DNA of 63,928 bases, counting the filler, from Octopus bimaculoides (lineage: Eukaryota), in assembly GCF_001194135.2 (NCBI RefSeq). It is 5 parts of 5 records of this genome, joined end to end, with 100 filler letters (N's around TTAATTAATTAA, not from the genome) between each part and the next. Parts side by side here need not be neighbours in the genome. Positions count along the whole stretch, not along the records: positions 17,665 to 37,002 come from NC_068983.1; positions 37,103 to 59,999 come from NC_068986.1; 3 more parts are not named here. One strand, 5' to 3'. Both the position numbers and the translations under genes were made by a program. This document shows, in pieces, positions 27,528 to 40,900 of the stretch. Positions within the stretch are counted from its first letter, which is position 1, and each line of letters opens with the position of its first letter. The notes under the pieces were generated by a model. That model had not been told where the DNA came from. It saw only the letters and a list, made by a program, of their open reading frames with translations, and did not search any database.

Positions 27528-28446
27528 GCATACATATGTAAGTAGGTATGTGTCTGTATGAAGGTGTATATATATGTATATATGTGTTTATGTATGTATG
27601 CATGCATGCATGCATGGATGAACGCATTATTTAAACAGATGCACTATATCAAAGCGTTTGCGATTATGGCTATGAATATGTAGAGACTTTTAGAACTAAG
27701 GTAAACAAGGAAATACATCAAGAATCAATGAATAATCATCACTGTTTAATGTGTTTAAATGAGTTTTATATATTTAAAATTGTATAAAATAATGTAAAAT
27801 GAAATAAAATAAATTCACTTTAGATTTGACATCACTTAGCAGCAATAATGAAATAATAAGAGTAAAAGACATCCATCATCACAGTTTTATATTGAATTTA
27901 TTAATGTTCCCTTAATGTAGCATTCGCAAAACATGCTAACAATTTCATTAAGGCTCTGATTATCCAGTTTTAATTAATAAAACTGTAATTTATATCAGCA
28001 AGTTGTACTTAAAAATTACTAATAAAATTTTGATTAGAATACACCGCAAGCTTTCGTAGTACTTTGGGTCAGAAGCTCTCACTTTGTCTTAATGTAATGA
28101 ATCGAGACTGGTGTAAATACAACTAAATATTTCTGTTGACGTTATTAACTAAGAGCGGAAATAGCAGTAATGTATATTGTTAGAAATCTACTGTTAATTA
28201 ATAGTGATGTTTAGATTAAAAGCATACAACTGTCTCGATATGGTAAACATAAACTCTAGAAATCCTTTCATAATATCTATGAATATTATTTGTAAAAAAA
28301 TAAAAATACAAATAATGAAATAAAACGGCAAGAGAAGTATAATGCAGTTACATTACAGTTACATTAATTCAATTTGTGGAAGCCCGAACTCCGTTGATAC
28401 AATACCTGAATCACGTTGAAACACAATATCTGAGGTTGATTATTAG

Positions 28447-28486
<40 letters not shown>

Positions 28487-31369
28487 ACAGACACACACAC
28501 ATACATGTATGTTTGTATGCTTGTACGTGTGTGCTAGAGCACGTGTGTGTACCTTCAAAATTTACTCATGTAAGTCTTCACTAGAACCAACCGTACTGTG
28601 CCAAAAAGAGAAACATTTATGTGGTCATTCGATCATTTAGAAATAACAGCCAAATTTCTCTTAAATTATATACTGACGTCCTTATAAGCAGAAAACATTG
28701 CATGAACTCATCCTATACACACAATACAAAGAAAATAATAATTAACAATAAGTTAAACTGATAATGGTTCAAAAATATTTCACCTGCTAGTTTCTTTGGC
28801 CAGATTCCCATTGAGACTGAGCTGCAACTAAATCAACACTACCAAACAACATAATAAATAGGACAATAATAACCATTGTGCGTTATGCAGCTTTTGAACT
28901 TAAATGAAATAAGGATCGACATCTACCTGATTTATAGAGAACATACTAAGAGTATATTTCTAATACCGTATCCATGTTCAGAGAAGGACTTCAATTTAGA
29001 ACAGCAACTTTATGAAATCGGTTTATATGTCACTAGTCCTTGTCTCTCTCTATTTTACTGGTCAATATTTGTAATCGTATCAAAGCCCCGAACTGACAGA
29101 ATCGTTATCATGCCGGACAGAATGCTTAGCACCATTTCGTCCGTTTTTATGTTTTCGGTTTAAATGCCACGAGCATCGGATTTGGTAGAATGCGATAGAA
29201 GAAGAAGAAGAAGAAGAAGAAGAAGAAGAAGAAGAAGAAGAAGAAGAAGAAGAAGAAGAAGAAGAAGAAGAAGAAGGGAGGAATTGGGAGAAGGAGGAAA
29301 AGATAGTGAAGAATTTAAGGTACCTGAAGTAAGACAAAATTGCATTATTGAATAATGATAAGCAGGTACGGAGCGTAAGTTGAACAAAAGCTATCCAGTC
29401 GTTCCTGAGGAGTCAAATCCTATTGGTTGTAGAACAGACAGTGGAAGGAAACACTTAATCGATGTAGCAGAGGCTGTAAATTGTAAGTGGAGGATTGTTT
29501 ATTAAGTGACTGGTCAATAGATATACTACTTTTCGACGTGGACCGGTGTGAATATGCTGGCGCTGATGCAACATCTGAGTTGTGCGAGTTGTACCCTGAT
29601 ATTAGTGGGGGGTTTTAACAATTTATTTGCGTGAGAACATCGAGTAACTGGGATTTCTGAATGATTAGGGATCTATTTGTAACGAACACTGGAGCGATTT
29701 TCATTTGGCTTTATTTATCTCAAGGATATTTCTGACGTAAGTGATATAAAATAATTATAGCGAGTATCATCAGATCGATAGTGAGTTAATTTATCAGTTA
29801 CATCGAACAGAAGGGAATTTACGTCAAGCATCAGTGTGTGTGAATGCACTGATTTAAAATACAAAAACTAATAACTTACAAAATACACGTCATGATGTTT
29901 CGCATGCTTTAGATTAATACATTGGAGAATCATGTGTATCTCCCAAGTGGATATAAGCATATTCACATCTACGTAAGTTAAATCAGTCAAACGTCTACAA
30001 TTTAGAGAGAGAAAGAAGCTATGAAAGAATCATAATGTAATTATGTAAAATTTATAAAATTTTCCAAGATCAGAAACCCGATACTATAAAATATAAAAAC
30101 AATGAAACAATGATATATGAGATTAAAACTTCTCCAGAATTGTAATTGAATAAAAGCTGACTTTCGATGAAAACCTACAACTATTCACAATAACGAATAG
30201 ATTCAATTATGTAATTGATAGTGAAATTACTGAAATGAAATAAAAGTTAGCAACCGGAATGGAATTTGAACTCAGTCTCTATTAGTTTTAATCACCATAA
30301 TATCGATGCTTTTCACATGAACAATGAACAAAATTTAAGGCATTATATACGATATTGTATGACGTTTATGTAACAGTAAAGGCATTAGCGGCGAAATTTA
30401 AATGAATTCAGCCGAGAAATCGAAACTCCAAGTGTTAAATCTGAAGCACCGAGAACATAACACTAAATCTACTGTACGTATCAAATGAAAGACACCATTA
30501 TTACTTTCTTTTGATTTACCACGACGTTGTATATTCACAGAAGGTGGGGGTCTGACAATTCGCGCAGTTCATGATTTATCTCTCCAAAATGGAATGTTAA
30601 GGAACATAAATCTTGAACGGACTGTGTAACCAAGCGCGGTTGAAAAATTTCTTGAAATAGTAATCGATATTTAAATAGCAAATAAGGGCGATATTACGCA
30701 ATTAATGAAGATTCTAGTGTGATGTGTTTAAAAGATATTTTACATATTTCATAGCGCCATTGTTCCTTAGGAAGACATCAACGTTGAAATATCTGTTTCC
30801 TCAGATCTTTCTCTGTTCTATCCATTTGTTGATATTTGGTGTCTTTGTGTCTAGCAAAGAAAAATCGATGTTTAATTAATAAGATGACTGTCCAGTGATA
30901 GAGATTACTCGCCAATAATCTGATTCAGCCACCCAGTTTTTATTTCTATCTGAAAGCATTTGCCTCATTTGAGTAGACAATGATATCAGGATATGAGAGA
31001 AAAAAGTAATAAATAATCTGATTTTCACTCTCCTGTAAAGTTATTATTTCAAAGCAAGTAATCAGAGGGGCATAATATGTTCTACAAACAAGTAAGAGGG
31101 ATTAGAAGTGAACCTCTAAAAGCAGAGAGAAAGGAACATATTCTGGTGCCCGTTATGTATTTGTAATAGCATGAATATTTCAAAAAACAGTTTTTCATCC
31201 TGTAAAATATAAATGCAAAAAGATTTAACAAATATATATTGCTACTTTTGAAATATAATAAAACATATAATGATTAAATAGATTTATATATTTAGCCTCC
31301 AAACACCTGACCCACCGGAACGCATGTTCCACAAATACTAAGTTTAGTAGTCTGATAAATTTGATAGGA

Positions 31370-31980
31370 GTGTCGTACATGTACAACTCAACGGAATTAG
31401 AGACACACACAACACTTCATCTACTACATGAAGTTCTCTGGGTACAGCGAAAAAGACAGAATCAAGGCGTATAAGGGAGCTGTGACGAAATTGAAGATGC
31501 TCGTAGACAATTACGCAAATTGGGTCAGGAGTAAAATATGGACTAGTGTAGAAAGTACTAAGATAGAGAAGGCCAACTCATATAATGACAGCCAAAAGTA
31601 CCACAGCGTCATGTTCATTGATGCTAACCCTGGAGGAGAACTAACGTATCATTTTGCCTTAAGCAACTGAATCTCCGGATTGAAGTGGTGGAAGGACAGG
31701 AAATACCACAAAATCCAAGATAAGTAACATATGCCATTTGAAAGAGCCCCTGTATTCATAGGAACTGTACAGTGTGTAGGGTAAAACCACAGATAAACTG
31801 CGAAATTAGGAATACCGACTATAGTATAACGTGTACAAAGGAACGGTGCAGAAACAGGACAACAACATACATTGAAGAAACAGCCCGTGGCACAGGTGAG
31901 AGATTAAATGGCAACTGTTGGGAATTCAAGGAGGGGAAGATTTCGTCATTGTTATACCAAACATGGGAACTCGAAATATA
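31370..31980 (+). mobile_element. Penelope-like element remnant (post-RT region plus GIY-YIG endonuclease)
   Basis: MKFSGYSEKDR...YHSVMFIDANPGGEL, then TDYSITC...TTYIEETARGTGERL, corresponding to the VYxIxC...YIGETxR signature. Disrupted by stops. Confidence 0.65.
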
Positions 31981-32206
31981 AGACAATTTAAGTGCCCATA
32001 CATACACAAAACTGACACAACATGCAAACAAGTTACAGAGGCCACACACATAATAGAAAGTAGATTAAGCCTCGACGGTAAATGCGAATGAACACCCTGT
32101 CCTTCATTCCACAGCCTGACGACTGAGGATAGAAAAGGGCCAAACCAAAAACAAACAAGACACAGATACAAGCAGCACAATATTACAACCCCACCACACG
32201 CACAAA

Positions 32207-32249
<43 letters not shown>

Positions 32250-32454
32250 CCAAAAACACACGGATACACAGTTATATTCCAAACGCATAGACACACACGC
32301 AGAAACAGGCGGAAACGCATACGCAGATATCGATATGTACTACAGAGCGACAAGAAGAAATAAACAGGACAACATCAGAGAGAAGGGCACGGACAAGAAG
32401 AACAGATAGTTATTGAAGAGGTCATAGAATGTTATCGAATAACTCTAGTAAATG

Positions 32455-32552
32455 ACTACTACTACTACTACTACTACTACGACTACGACTACTACTACTA
32501 CTACGACTACGACTACTACTACTACTACTAATGATAATAATAATAATAATAA

Positions 32553-32583
<31 letters not shown>

Positions 32584-32693
32584 AAGAAGAAGAAGAAGAA
32601 GAAGAAGGAGGAGGAGAAGAAGAAGAAGAAGAAGAAGAAGAAGAAGAAGAAGAAGAAGAACAGAAGAAGAAGAAGAAGAAGAAGAAGAAGAAC

Positions 32694-32727
<34 letters not shown>

Positions 32728-32790
32728 AGAAGAAGAAGAAGAAGAAGAAGAAGAAGAAGAAGAAGAAGAAGAAGAAGAAGAAGAAGAATA
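32455..32790. repeat. Compound trinucleotide microsatellite (ACT)n-(AAT)n-(AAG)n
   Basis: Direct reading of the sequence; it explains the homopolymeric ORFs in all six frames. Confidence 0.95.
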
Positions 32791-33277
32791 TGTCCTGATG
32801 CAATACCAAGTATTGGCATTCATGGCTTTTGATCTTAACTGATTGGTATAAAAGACGGGCTGCGCCAATTATTCTGCTCAATACCGCAGATTTGCTTGTG
32901 AATTGTGTGACCATGACCAGTTGAGCATGTCCCTTGCTGGCTGACGATACGTGCATCTCTGATCACAAACAGTAGTGGGCGAGCACCATAGCCATGTATT
33001 AAGAATAATTCTTTGGGGTTTTAATAAGACAACCGTGGAAACATAAGTGTTTTGTTCACTATCCTTGAACAACGTGTATTCAGTGACCTATTGATGAAAT
33101 GGGGTACTCGATCTGAAGAAAATTCTATTTGGGCTCCACCTGCAAGGTCATGCGATGTTTGTCTTGATTTGAGATCACCATGTCACAGACGAGTAGCCAT
33201 GATGGGTATACTGGGCTTCATATATTTGTACACCAGTGTCACTTTGATAGCATGCGCTTTTCTCTCAAATAATAATG

Positions 33278-33341
<64 letters not shown>

Positions 33342-34278
33342 AGCAAATAAATAACGCATGTGTTTATTGGCAAAATAACCACTTCTAAATATAACAATAT
33401 GTCTTTCAACACACGATTTCGCATCAATAATCTTCCCAACAGAGTTAGCAGTGCTTTCTGACCTGTCACAACAGTCTCATGGACATTTTCAGAGCAAACA
33501 AGTAAAAACAATATGAGAATGCTTGTGTGTGTGTGTGTGTGGGTGTATGTGTGTATGTGTGCGCGCGCGCGTGAGTGTGTGCGTGGGTGTGTGTTTGAAT
33601 AAGTGAGTGAGTGTAAACTTTGAGAAAGAAACGAAGAAACGATTGTAAACTTCACCAACAAAAGAGGGACATAGACAGTACACGATATATCTGTCAAGAT
33701 ATAATTATTAAAATCGAGGAATCAACTTTCGAGAAAACACAAACCCACAAACACACACACAAACACGAAGAAAGATATATGCAGAAATGCATGTACAATA
33801 AATGTAAGTAAACGCATATCATATACTGCGTATGTGGATGGGTGTATATATTTTTCATGTGTTTGCGTGTGTGTGGGGGGAGGGTGTATTTTTATGCGTG
33901 GCGTATTAAATGCAAATTGAAATGAAAATGTTTCCTATCGAATTGCCTAAAATACAATTCATTATTTCGAATGCTATAGAAAACAGAATTTTTCCAATAG
34001 TAACAAAAAGAAAATATAGCAAAAAACATCACAAACAAAGCACAAAAATAGAACGTATGGATTGGTATTATTTTCCACTAGATCCAAATGGGATTATATA
34101 GTAATTGTTTATAAGTCTAATATATGTGAAATAACCGACATATCTCACAAGCAAGCAAACACATTAGTTACACATATATAAGTTGTTGCCTGTGAAAGAC
34201 ATTTGTATTGTATGGAAAGAAACATGGAAGATTAAATTTTCATAATAGTATAAGTGTTCTATACAAATATATATGCGC

Positions 34279-34309
<31 letters not shown>

Positions 34310-34386
34310 TGTGTATGTGTGCATATATACATATATATATATATGAATATATATATGAATATATATATGCATATATATATGTATAT

Positions 34387-34445
<59 letters not shown>

Positions 34446-34578
34446 GCTAGTGAGACGTTTCCTCCTCCATATTTTAAGAGGTCTTGGGCCCACAGGTTTT
34501 GGGATCTGACGATACGACATAAAGCGAAACTCTTTATTGACAGGAAACCTAAAGTAAACCCATAAACCGCCTTCTCCA

Positions 34579-34621
<43 letters not shown>

Positions 34622-34624
34622 TAC

Positions 34625-34698
<74 letters not shown>

Positions 34699-34775
34699 AT
34701 ATCGTATATACATAATACATACATTACATATAGAAAGATACATATATACACGTATATCATTCTATAACGTAGTTA

Positions 34776-34945
34776 GGGCAGGCGAGATGGCAGAATCGTT
34801 AGCTCTCCAGAAAAAAAGTTTAGTAGCGTTTAGTCCGTCTTTATATTCCGAGTTCACATTCCACTGGGTTCGGGATAATAAGATAAGCACTAGTTGAGTG
34901 CTTGGGTAGATGTGATTGACCGCCACATACCCCCAAAATCATATA
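34776..34945 (+). mobile_element. SINE family C copy (degenerate)
   Basis: Head ggcgagatggcagaatcgttagc, plus gagttcacattcc and gataagcactagttgagtg. Confidence 0.6.
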
Positions 34946-35829
34946 TAAGTGTAAATAAATAAAGAGAGAGATAGATACATACACACATACATACATACAT
35001 ACATAACTACATACGTACATACATACATACATACATTCATACGTATACCCGCAAACTCATACCGAACTACATTATAAAATGATAAACTACGTTTACAGAT
35101 TGATGTGCATTTGAAAAAGCGAGAAACATTTTCTTGGTCAATCTAGTCTGTTGACCGCTTCTCAGATATACTCAGTTTCTTTACTACGTCAGTAGCATAG
35201 TATACGGATTTCTATATAAGCCCTCGTGAGTATTTCACCGTAGTGGATACTTCATTTTCCGTAATTTCTTTGAACGCTTCATCATCGAATAAGTATTACA
35301 CATTTTATGAACAATACTGTGTGGCTTAGGACTGCTATGAATTTAAATATTAGAAAGCCTGGGTGTGATCGAAATTAAATTTCTGCCATGTGGTACGACT
35401 ACACAGAATTTCATTTGTTATGAGAGGTAATGAAAATTTACAGGAACACATATGCTAGCAATTGCTCGTGATAATGTGATATGGATTCTATTTCTGTTAG
35501 GGTCTTAGATTTTTACAGGCCCTAATATGACTGCTTTTGATATAAGCAAGTTCCTTATTGTCTCTTAAACCTAGGTCAATGAACAATCCTAGCTTAACTA
35601 AAAAGAAATTTCATATAATATGTTAACAATTTGATTATTGCTGTTTTAAAACTGTTCAGCAGATGGTTACTAGGAGCCTTAACATATATACACACGCACA
35701 TTTTAGCTGATGCACGCATTTACATTGTATGCATCAGGGCGTAAGCATATCTACATACATTCATATATCTATATACGTGTGAGTGAATGTATATATATAT
35801 GCTTGTGAACATTACTAGGTGTGTCTGCA

Positions 35830-35880
<51 letters not shown>

Positions 35881-36644
35881 CATGTATATGTATGTATATA
35901 TGTATGTATATGTATCTATATATGTTTGTATGTATGCGTGTATGTGTGAAAAGAGAGAGAGAGAGTATGAGTGGGAGAGATGCTATGATAGATAATTTGC
36001 GTGCGTGAATCAGTGAATTTGTGGATAAATACATTGTAAAGCATATAAAAGAATGAAATGATGAGAAGAGAGAGAATTGGGTATGGATATATTAATTCAA
36101 TAATACATACTTATAAAATATTGAATGCTTAAAATTAATTTATCTTACTGTTTTCTTTATGTTGTTGTTGCTTTTTGTATATAAATATCCTATACAAAAC
36201 GTTGTTATAAATTCAATATCCTACTCAAATTTCAAAATTGTAAGGAATAACATGGTCTGAAAAACCACATTATTATATTCTCATGATTGTAATTGAACGA
36301 GAAATATTTAATAATTTCAAAATTGTAGAACTGTTGAAATATATATAACGGTAATGATTTCATTGTTTATTGATATATTTACTTGCATATTTTTACATTT
36401 TATTTTTACACCTGGTCCGATCTTCCATGTGCATATAATGTATCTTTTTGAATTAGTCTAAAGATTTAGATTAACAAGGCGATTATTCACTTCAAATAAG
36501 ATCATGAAAAGTTATTTAAAAACTGCTCATGTAAGTTATATATCCACGCATAATATGTACGCAAAGAAACGCACGTATATTCATGCACACATAAGTCACA
36601 CAAACAAATACGCATTCATTGAAAACCATCAATCAAACACACAC

Positions 36645-36661
36645 ACATTATAGACAGATGG

Positions 36662-36692
<31 letters not shown>

Positions 36693-37002
36693 CATTTCTT
36701 TTATTAGCCACACAGGGCTCAACGAAGATGGGACAAATACAATGTAGAGCTTTTCTTTTTGGGAGGGGGAAAGAAAAAAAAAGGGGGGGGTCGATCAAAA
36801 GGGATCGTAGGAAGGAAAAGGGGGTAGTTCGATCAAAAGGGATCAAAAAAAAAAAAAGGGCGATCAATAGGGATCGTGTATCACACAGTAATGTTCTCGT
36901 GTAAAAGGAGGGGAGGACAGTTTAGGTTTGGCCGTGGAAAGAAAAGCCTGCGGAAAAGACCACGGTAACCTTGGTCAATATTCTCATTGAAGAAACTATA
37001 AC
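36645..37002 (-). mobile_element. 3' tail of a retroelement ending in AATAAA plus (TCTA)n, truncated by the gap
   Basis: Reverse complement ends ...gagccctgtgtggctaataaaagaaatgtatctatct, a poly(A)-signal plus microsatellite tail typical of LINE/SINE 3' ends. Family unassigned. Confidence 0.45.
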
Positions 37003-37046
37003 NNNNNNNNNNNNNNNNNNNNNNNNNNNNNNNNNNNNNNNNNNNN

Positions 37047-37058
37047 TTAATTAATTAA
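37047..37058. other. Assembly linker TTAATTAATTAA inside a 100-bp gap
   Basis: 44 N + 12-mer + 44 N. Confidence 0.93.
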
Positions 37059-37106
37059 NNNNNNNNNNNNNNNNNNNNNNNNNNNNNNNNNNNNNNNNNN
37101 NNTATC

Positions 37107-37151
<45 letters not shown>

Positions 37152-37159
37152 TTATGTGT

Positions 37160-37390
37160 ATATCTATGTGTGAGTGTTGTGTCTGTGTTTGCCTCCCCAT
37201 CACTGCTTGACAACTGGTGTTAGTGTGTTTACATCTCCATAACCTAGCGGTTTGGCAGAAGAGACTGATAGAATAAGTACTGGGCTTAAAAAAAAGAAAT
37301 AAGCTCTGGGGTTGATTTGTTCAACTAAAAACCCTTCAAGGCAGTGCTCCAGCATGGCTGCAGTCACATGACTGAAACAAATAAGAGATT
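37160..37390 (+). mobile_element. SINE family A 3' half, heavily CpG-decayed
   Basis: Aligns to 56630-56998; most CpGs appear as TpG or CpA. Confidence 0.8.
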
Positions 37391-37764
37391 AATGATATAA
37401 TTACTTACGCACTCATAAGCAAATATATATGTATGTACGTATGTATATATGTATGTATATATCCGTCCATTGACTTTTTGCCATCCATGTGGTTTTATAA
37501 CTAATATTCATAACTTTATGTACTTCAAATTCCACTGTTAAAAACAGTTTACTTCCTACCTCTCAAAATTTCTGAATTCTTATGATGTATATAACATACA
37601 TTTCTTACTGATAAGAACAAAACTTCTAAATTGGATGGAGAAAAAAATCATACAGTTACTTTAGTATAATGGTAGAATGTTTGTCGCCTTTACAGAAGCT
37701 ATGAGTTCAGTCCCACAAGCAGCCTTTGACTTTATTCATCTAAGGGTTTCTTTTTCACATGATA

Positions 37765-38065
37765 TTGTGCAACATTCTATGGCTCAGTGGTTAGAGCATC
37801 AAGCTTACAATCATGAGGTTATGAGTTTGATTCCCGCTCCAGGCTGTGTGTTGTGTTCTTGAGCAAGACACTTTATTTCACGTTGTTCCAGTTCACTCAG
37901 CTGTAGAAATGAGTTGCAACATCACTGGGGCCAAGCTGTATCAGCCTTTGCCTTTCCCTTGGATAACATCAGTGGCGTGGAGAGGAGATGTTGGTATTCA
38001 TGGGTGACTGCTGGTCTTCCATAAACTTGGCAATCCCATGGTCATTCGTGGTCTTTACTCCTTTA
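37765..38065 (+). mobile_element. SINE family B copy, CpG-decayed
   Basis: Collinear with the reverse complement of 8085-8436. Confidence 0.8.
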
Positions 38066-38289
38066 CTAGCTAGGATATGAATATCCTAGCTAATTATTTA
38101 TTACTTTCGTCCCTCTATCATACTTAAGCCTTTCAACACCTGGCAATCAGTCAATCATCTCCACCTTCCTCTCCCAAATACTTCTTAGTAGTGGGAGCTT
38201 TTTCCTCCCTTTCTTTCTCCTCTTTCCCTGTTCTTTTCTGTCTTATGGCAGCCTCACTAGTGCTGATTTAAAAATCCAGTGCTCACTGT

Positions 38290-38490
38290 AAAGTTGTATA
38301 GCCGAATGCATAAATAAAGCACCCAGTACACTCTGTAAAGCAGTTGGCATTAGGAAAGGCATCCAGCTATAGAAACCATGTGAAAGATGACATTAGAACT
38401 CAGTGCAGCCCTGCAGTATGCCAGTTCCCTGTCAAACCATCCTACCCATGCCAGCATGGAAAGCAGATGTTAAATGATGATTATGATGAT
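38290..38490 (+). mobile_element. SINE-like family D copy with (GAT)n tail
   Basis: ggaaaggcatccagctatagaaac...cccatgccagcatggaaagcagatgttaaatgatgat. Same family as 45010-45297 and 59785-59999. Confidence 0.7.
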
Positions 38491-38609
38491 GTACTTTGAG
38501 TTCTACCATTAAAAAAGATTTATTTCATATCTTTCAAAGATTCTTAACTCTTATGACATAAAGAATATATGCACACACATACACACACACAGAGGAAAGG
38601 AGAACAAAA

Positions 38610-39191
38610 GTGGGGTTCAAATTTCGTAACAGCTGTTTCAACTGCATTTTATTGATGCTGTCATAGATTACATCATGACAAAAACCAGCCATCATCAGCT
38701 AAATTTTGAGCACATAACCAGGTAAAGTAGAAGCAAAAGATGACTCATTTGCCAACTACCATAATGAACAAGTAATATTTTGAAAGAAAAAAAACAACAA
38801 AAGAGTAGAATTTTTAGAGAAAGTGAAGCAGATATCCCAGAGCAAATATGGCAAAAACCATCCTTTCTATGTACCAATTATCATAATGTGCAAGCGATAT
38901 TTTGAAAAAAGAACAGAATTTATAGAGAAAGTGAATCATATTCCGCAAATAGGTCAGATCCTGTTAAGATAACAACTTTAAGAAAAAGGATGGATTTGAC
39001 ATATTTGCTCTGGAATGTCTAGTTTTTCAAAATATCACATGTCTATTATGGTCATTGGTGAATGAGTCAACAACTTTTGCTTCTACCTTACTTGTTTATG
39101 TGTATAAAATGGCTGGCTTCTGCTATGATGTAATTTATGGATGCATCAATAAAATGCAGCCAAAACAGCTGTTGTGAATCTTGAATGCCAC
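38610..39191. repeat. Inverted repeat, arms about 38610-38866 and 38985-39191
   Basis: The right-arm reverse complement aligns to the left arm over about 200 bp with many substitutions and some indels (ctgcattttattgatgc, gtagaagcaaaag, ccagagcaaatatg, ccatccttt). Confidence 0.85.
38625..38701 (-). ncRNA. Degenerate minimal hammerhead-ribozyme-like motif (Penelope-associated type)
   Basis: Minus strand reads CUGAUGA (38698-38692), U, helix II GGCUG...CAGUU, GAAA (38639-38636), palindromic ACAGCUGU, triplet GUU. Helix I is only distally paired. Confidence 0.5.
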
Positions 39192-39620
39192 TTGTGTTCT
39201 TTTATATGTACGCAATACCTGGAACCAACCCCGGGTCTGATCTATGGTTTATATTAGATTTGATACCTGTATGTATATTTATATAACTATATATGTATAT
39301 GTATAAATATATGCTTACAGTATATCACCGACAAATGACAACTAATGGTTATTTTATTTTTCTGTGAGCTCAGTATTAATTACCCAGCCATTCCTGACAT
39401 TTTACTTGTTGATACGCCTAAATTCTAATGAATCCTGGAAGTGATGTACCTATCTACTTACTTACCTACCTACCTAAACCTACCTGTGTGTGTTTACGTA
39501 TATAAGTTTGTGTGTATGTATTTTGACTCTCCTTTCTAGCAAGCTGGTGCTTCATGTACCCTCTATAATAATTATATATATATATAGATATATAGATAGA
39601 TAGATAGGTAGATATGTGCA

Positions 39621-39671
<51 letters not shown>

Positions 39672-39986
39672 TCATACATGTATATATTCATGTATAAATG
39701 TATATATCTACATGTTTATATGGATATATATATGTTATGTAAGGTATAATTTAGAGGTGTTAAGCCCTCTAAGGGATAGGAGTATCCAGAGGCACTCCTG
39801 GTAATTACCTCAGTAAGTATTGTCCTTGGTATAAAGTATACGGCAGCATGTAATTTAAAAAGGTAAGCCATAGTTTAATGTATATACAGACAATAAGAAA
39901 ATCGAGGAAAAACAACAAATAGAAGTGTATCTTTGGTGCTAAAAAGCCATTATTTAATTAGTTAAGCAAGATGATGGTAAGAGTGA

Positions 39987-40063
39987 GTTTACAGCTGTTT
40001 CTGTGTACTATGTTTAGGTAAATATGTATTTACCTCATTGCAAATGGTAGACGTCATCAGAAC
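39987..40063 (-). ncRNA. Minimal hammerhead-ribozyme-like motif (type I order)
   Basis: Minus strand reads GUU-CUGAUGA (40060-40054)-long helix II region-GAAA (40001-39998)-CAGCUG-UA-AAC. Helix I has 3 bp, helix III is palindromic, the triplet is GUA. The helix II base is poorly paired. Confidence 0.5.
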
Positions 40064-40169
40064 GAAGAAGGCAGAGATAGACAAAAAGAAGAATAGAGCA
40101 AAAGATAAATGGAGAATTCAGAAAAGAAAATGTTCAATGATTCAAAAGTCTTACATTTTAGTTGGGTTC

Positions 40170-40900
40170 AAAGTTCATTAAATCCATTGTGAGGTAGGTA
40201 AAGAATAGAGGTTGGTTGAATCTGAAGTCTTGTAGTTAGTTATTAGCATGACTTCCATGTGTCTGCCTGTTCGGCTAGTTGACCGCTGGTGTAATCTGAG
40301 GGAGTTATCCCTAATTAGGGATATCTGGTGTAGTTTATATAACTTATAGGTTGTGGGTAGTTTGTATATTTGCAAAGGAAGCCATAAATAAGAGTAAAGG
40401 TTATATCTAGCAGAAGTACGATTTAGCATGTAAAGACAAAGTATCAGAATAACTTTTAGGTTTGAGGAGTGCAATGAAAAGGAAAAGAAACAGATAGAAG
40501 AGGGGTAATTTAACATGTAAAAAGAGTTGGTATTTCTCGACTGAAAAGAATTGCAGGTAAAAGATAGGCTAGTGTAGAAAGTAGATTAGGTATATTAATT
40601 ATTTATTGATAATGTAGGTTGGGGTAGGCTATCGTAGGGTATAGTTATTTTTATTTATAATGTGGGTTAGATATGCATAAGCTTGTTAGAATCGGGAAGG
40701 TTAAGGGGAGGTAATACGCTGATAAGTAGGTCTGATAGTGGTGTATACAAGAATGAGTGGGTTTTACGAATTGGCCTTTATGCAAACAAAAAATATTATT
40801 TCCGTATTTTTTTATTGAGCAGAGGTGATTTGGCCATTAAAAAATTAGTAGTTTCTCTGTTATACAGAGCTCACAGCACTTATTGTTAATGGTATAAGAT
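40170..40900 (-). mobile_element. Degenerate interspersed repeat, possibly a Penelope-like ORF region
   Basis: Strand-biased composition, loose similarity to 7480-7900, and a position directly upstream (same strand) of the hammerhead-like motif at 39987-40063. No diagnostic protein motif seen. Confidence 0.25.

Noticed and set aside
32422-32956. Poly-T/K/R/E/S/L/F ORFs in all frames
   Set aside because: Translation of a compound trinucleotide microsatellite.
32790-33260. Unique-looking, GC-balanced island with short ORFs on both strands
   Set aside because: No consistent frame, splice pair or motif; only faint resemblance to a retroelement endonuclease region, not enough to call.
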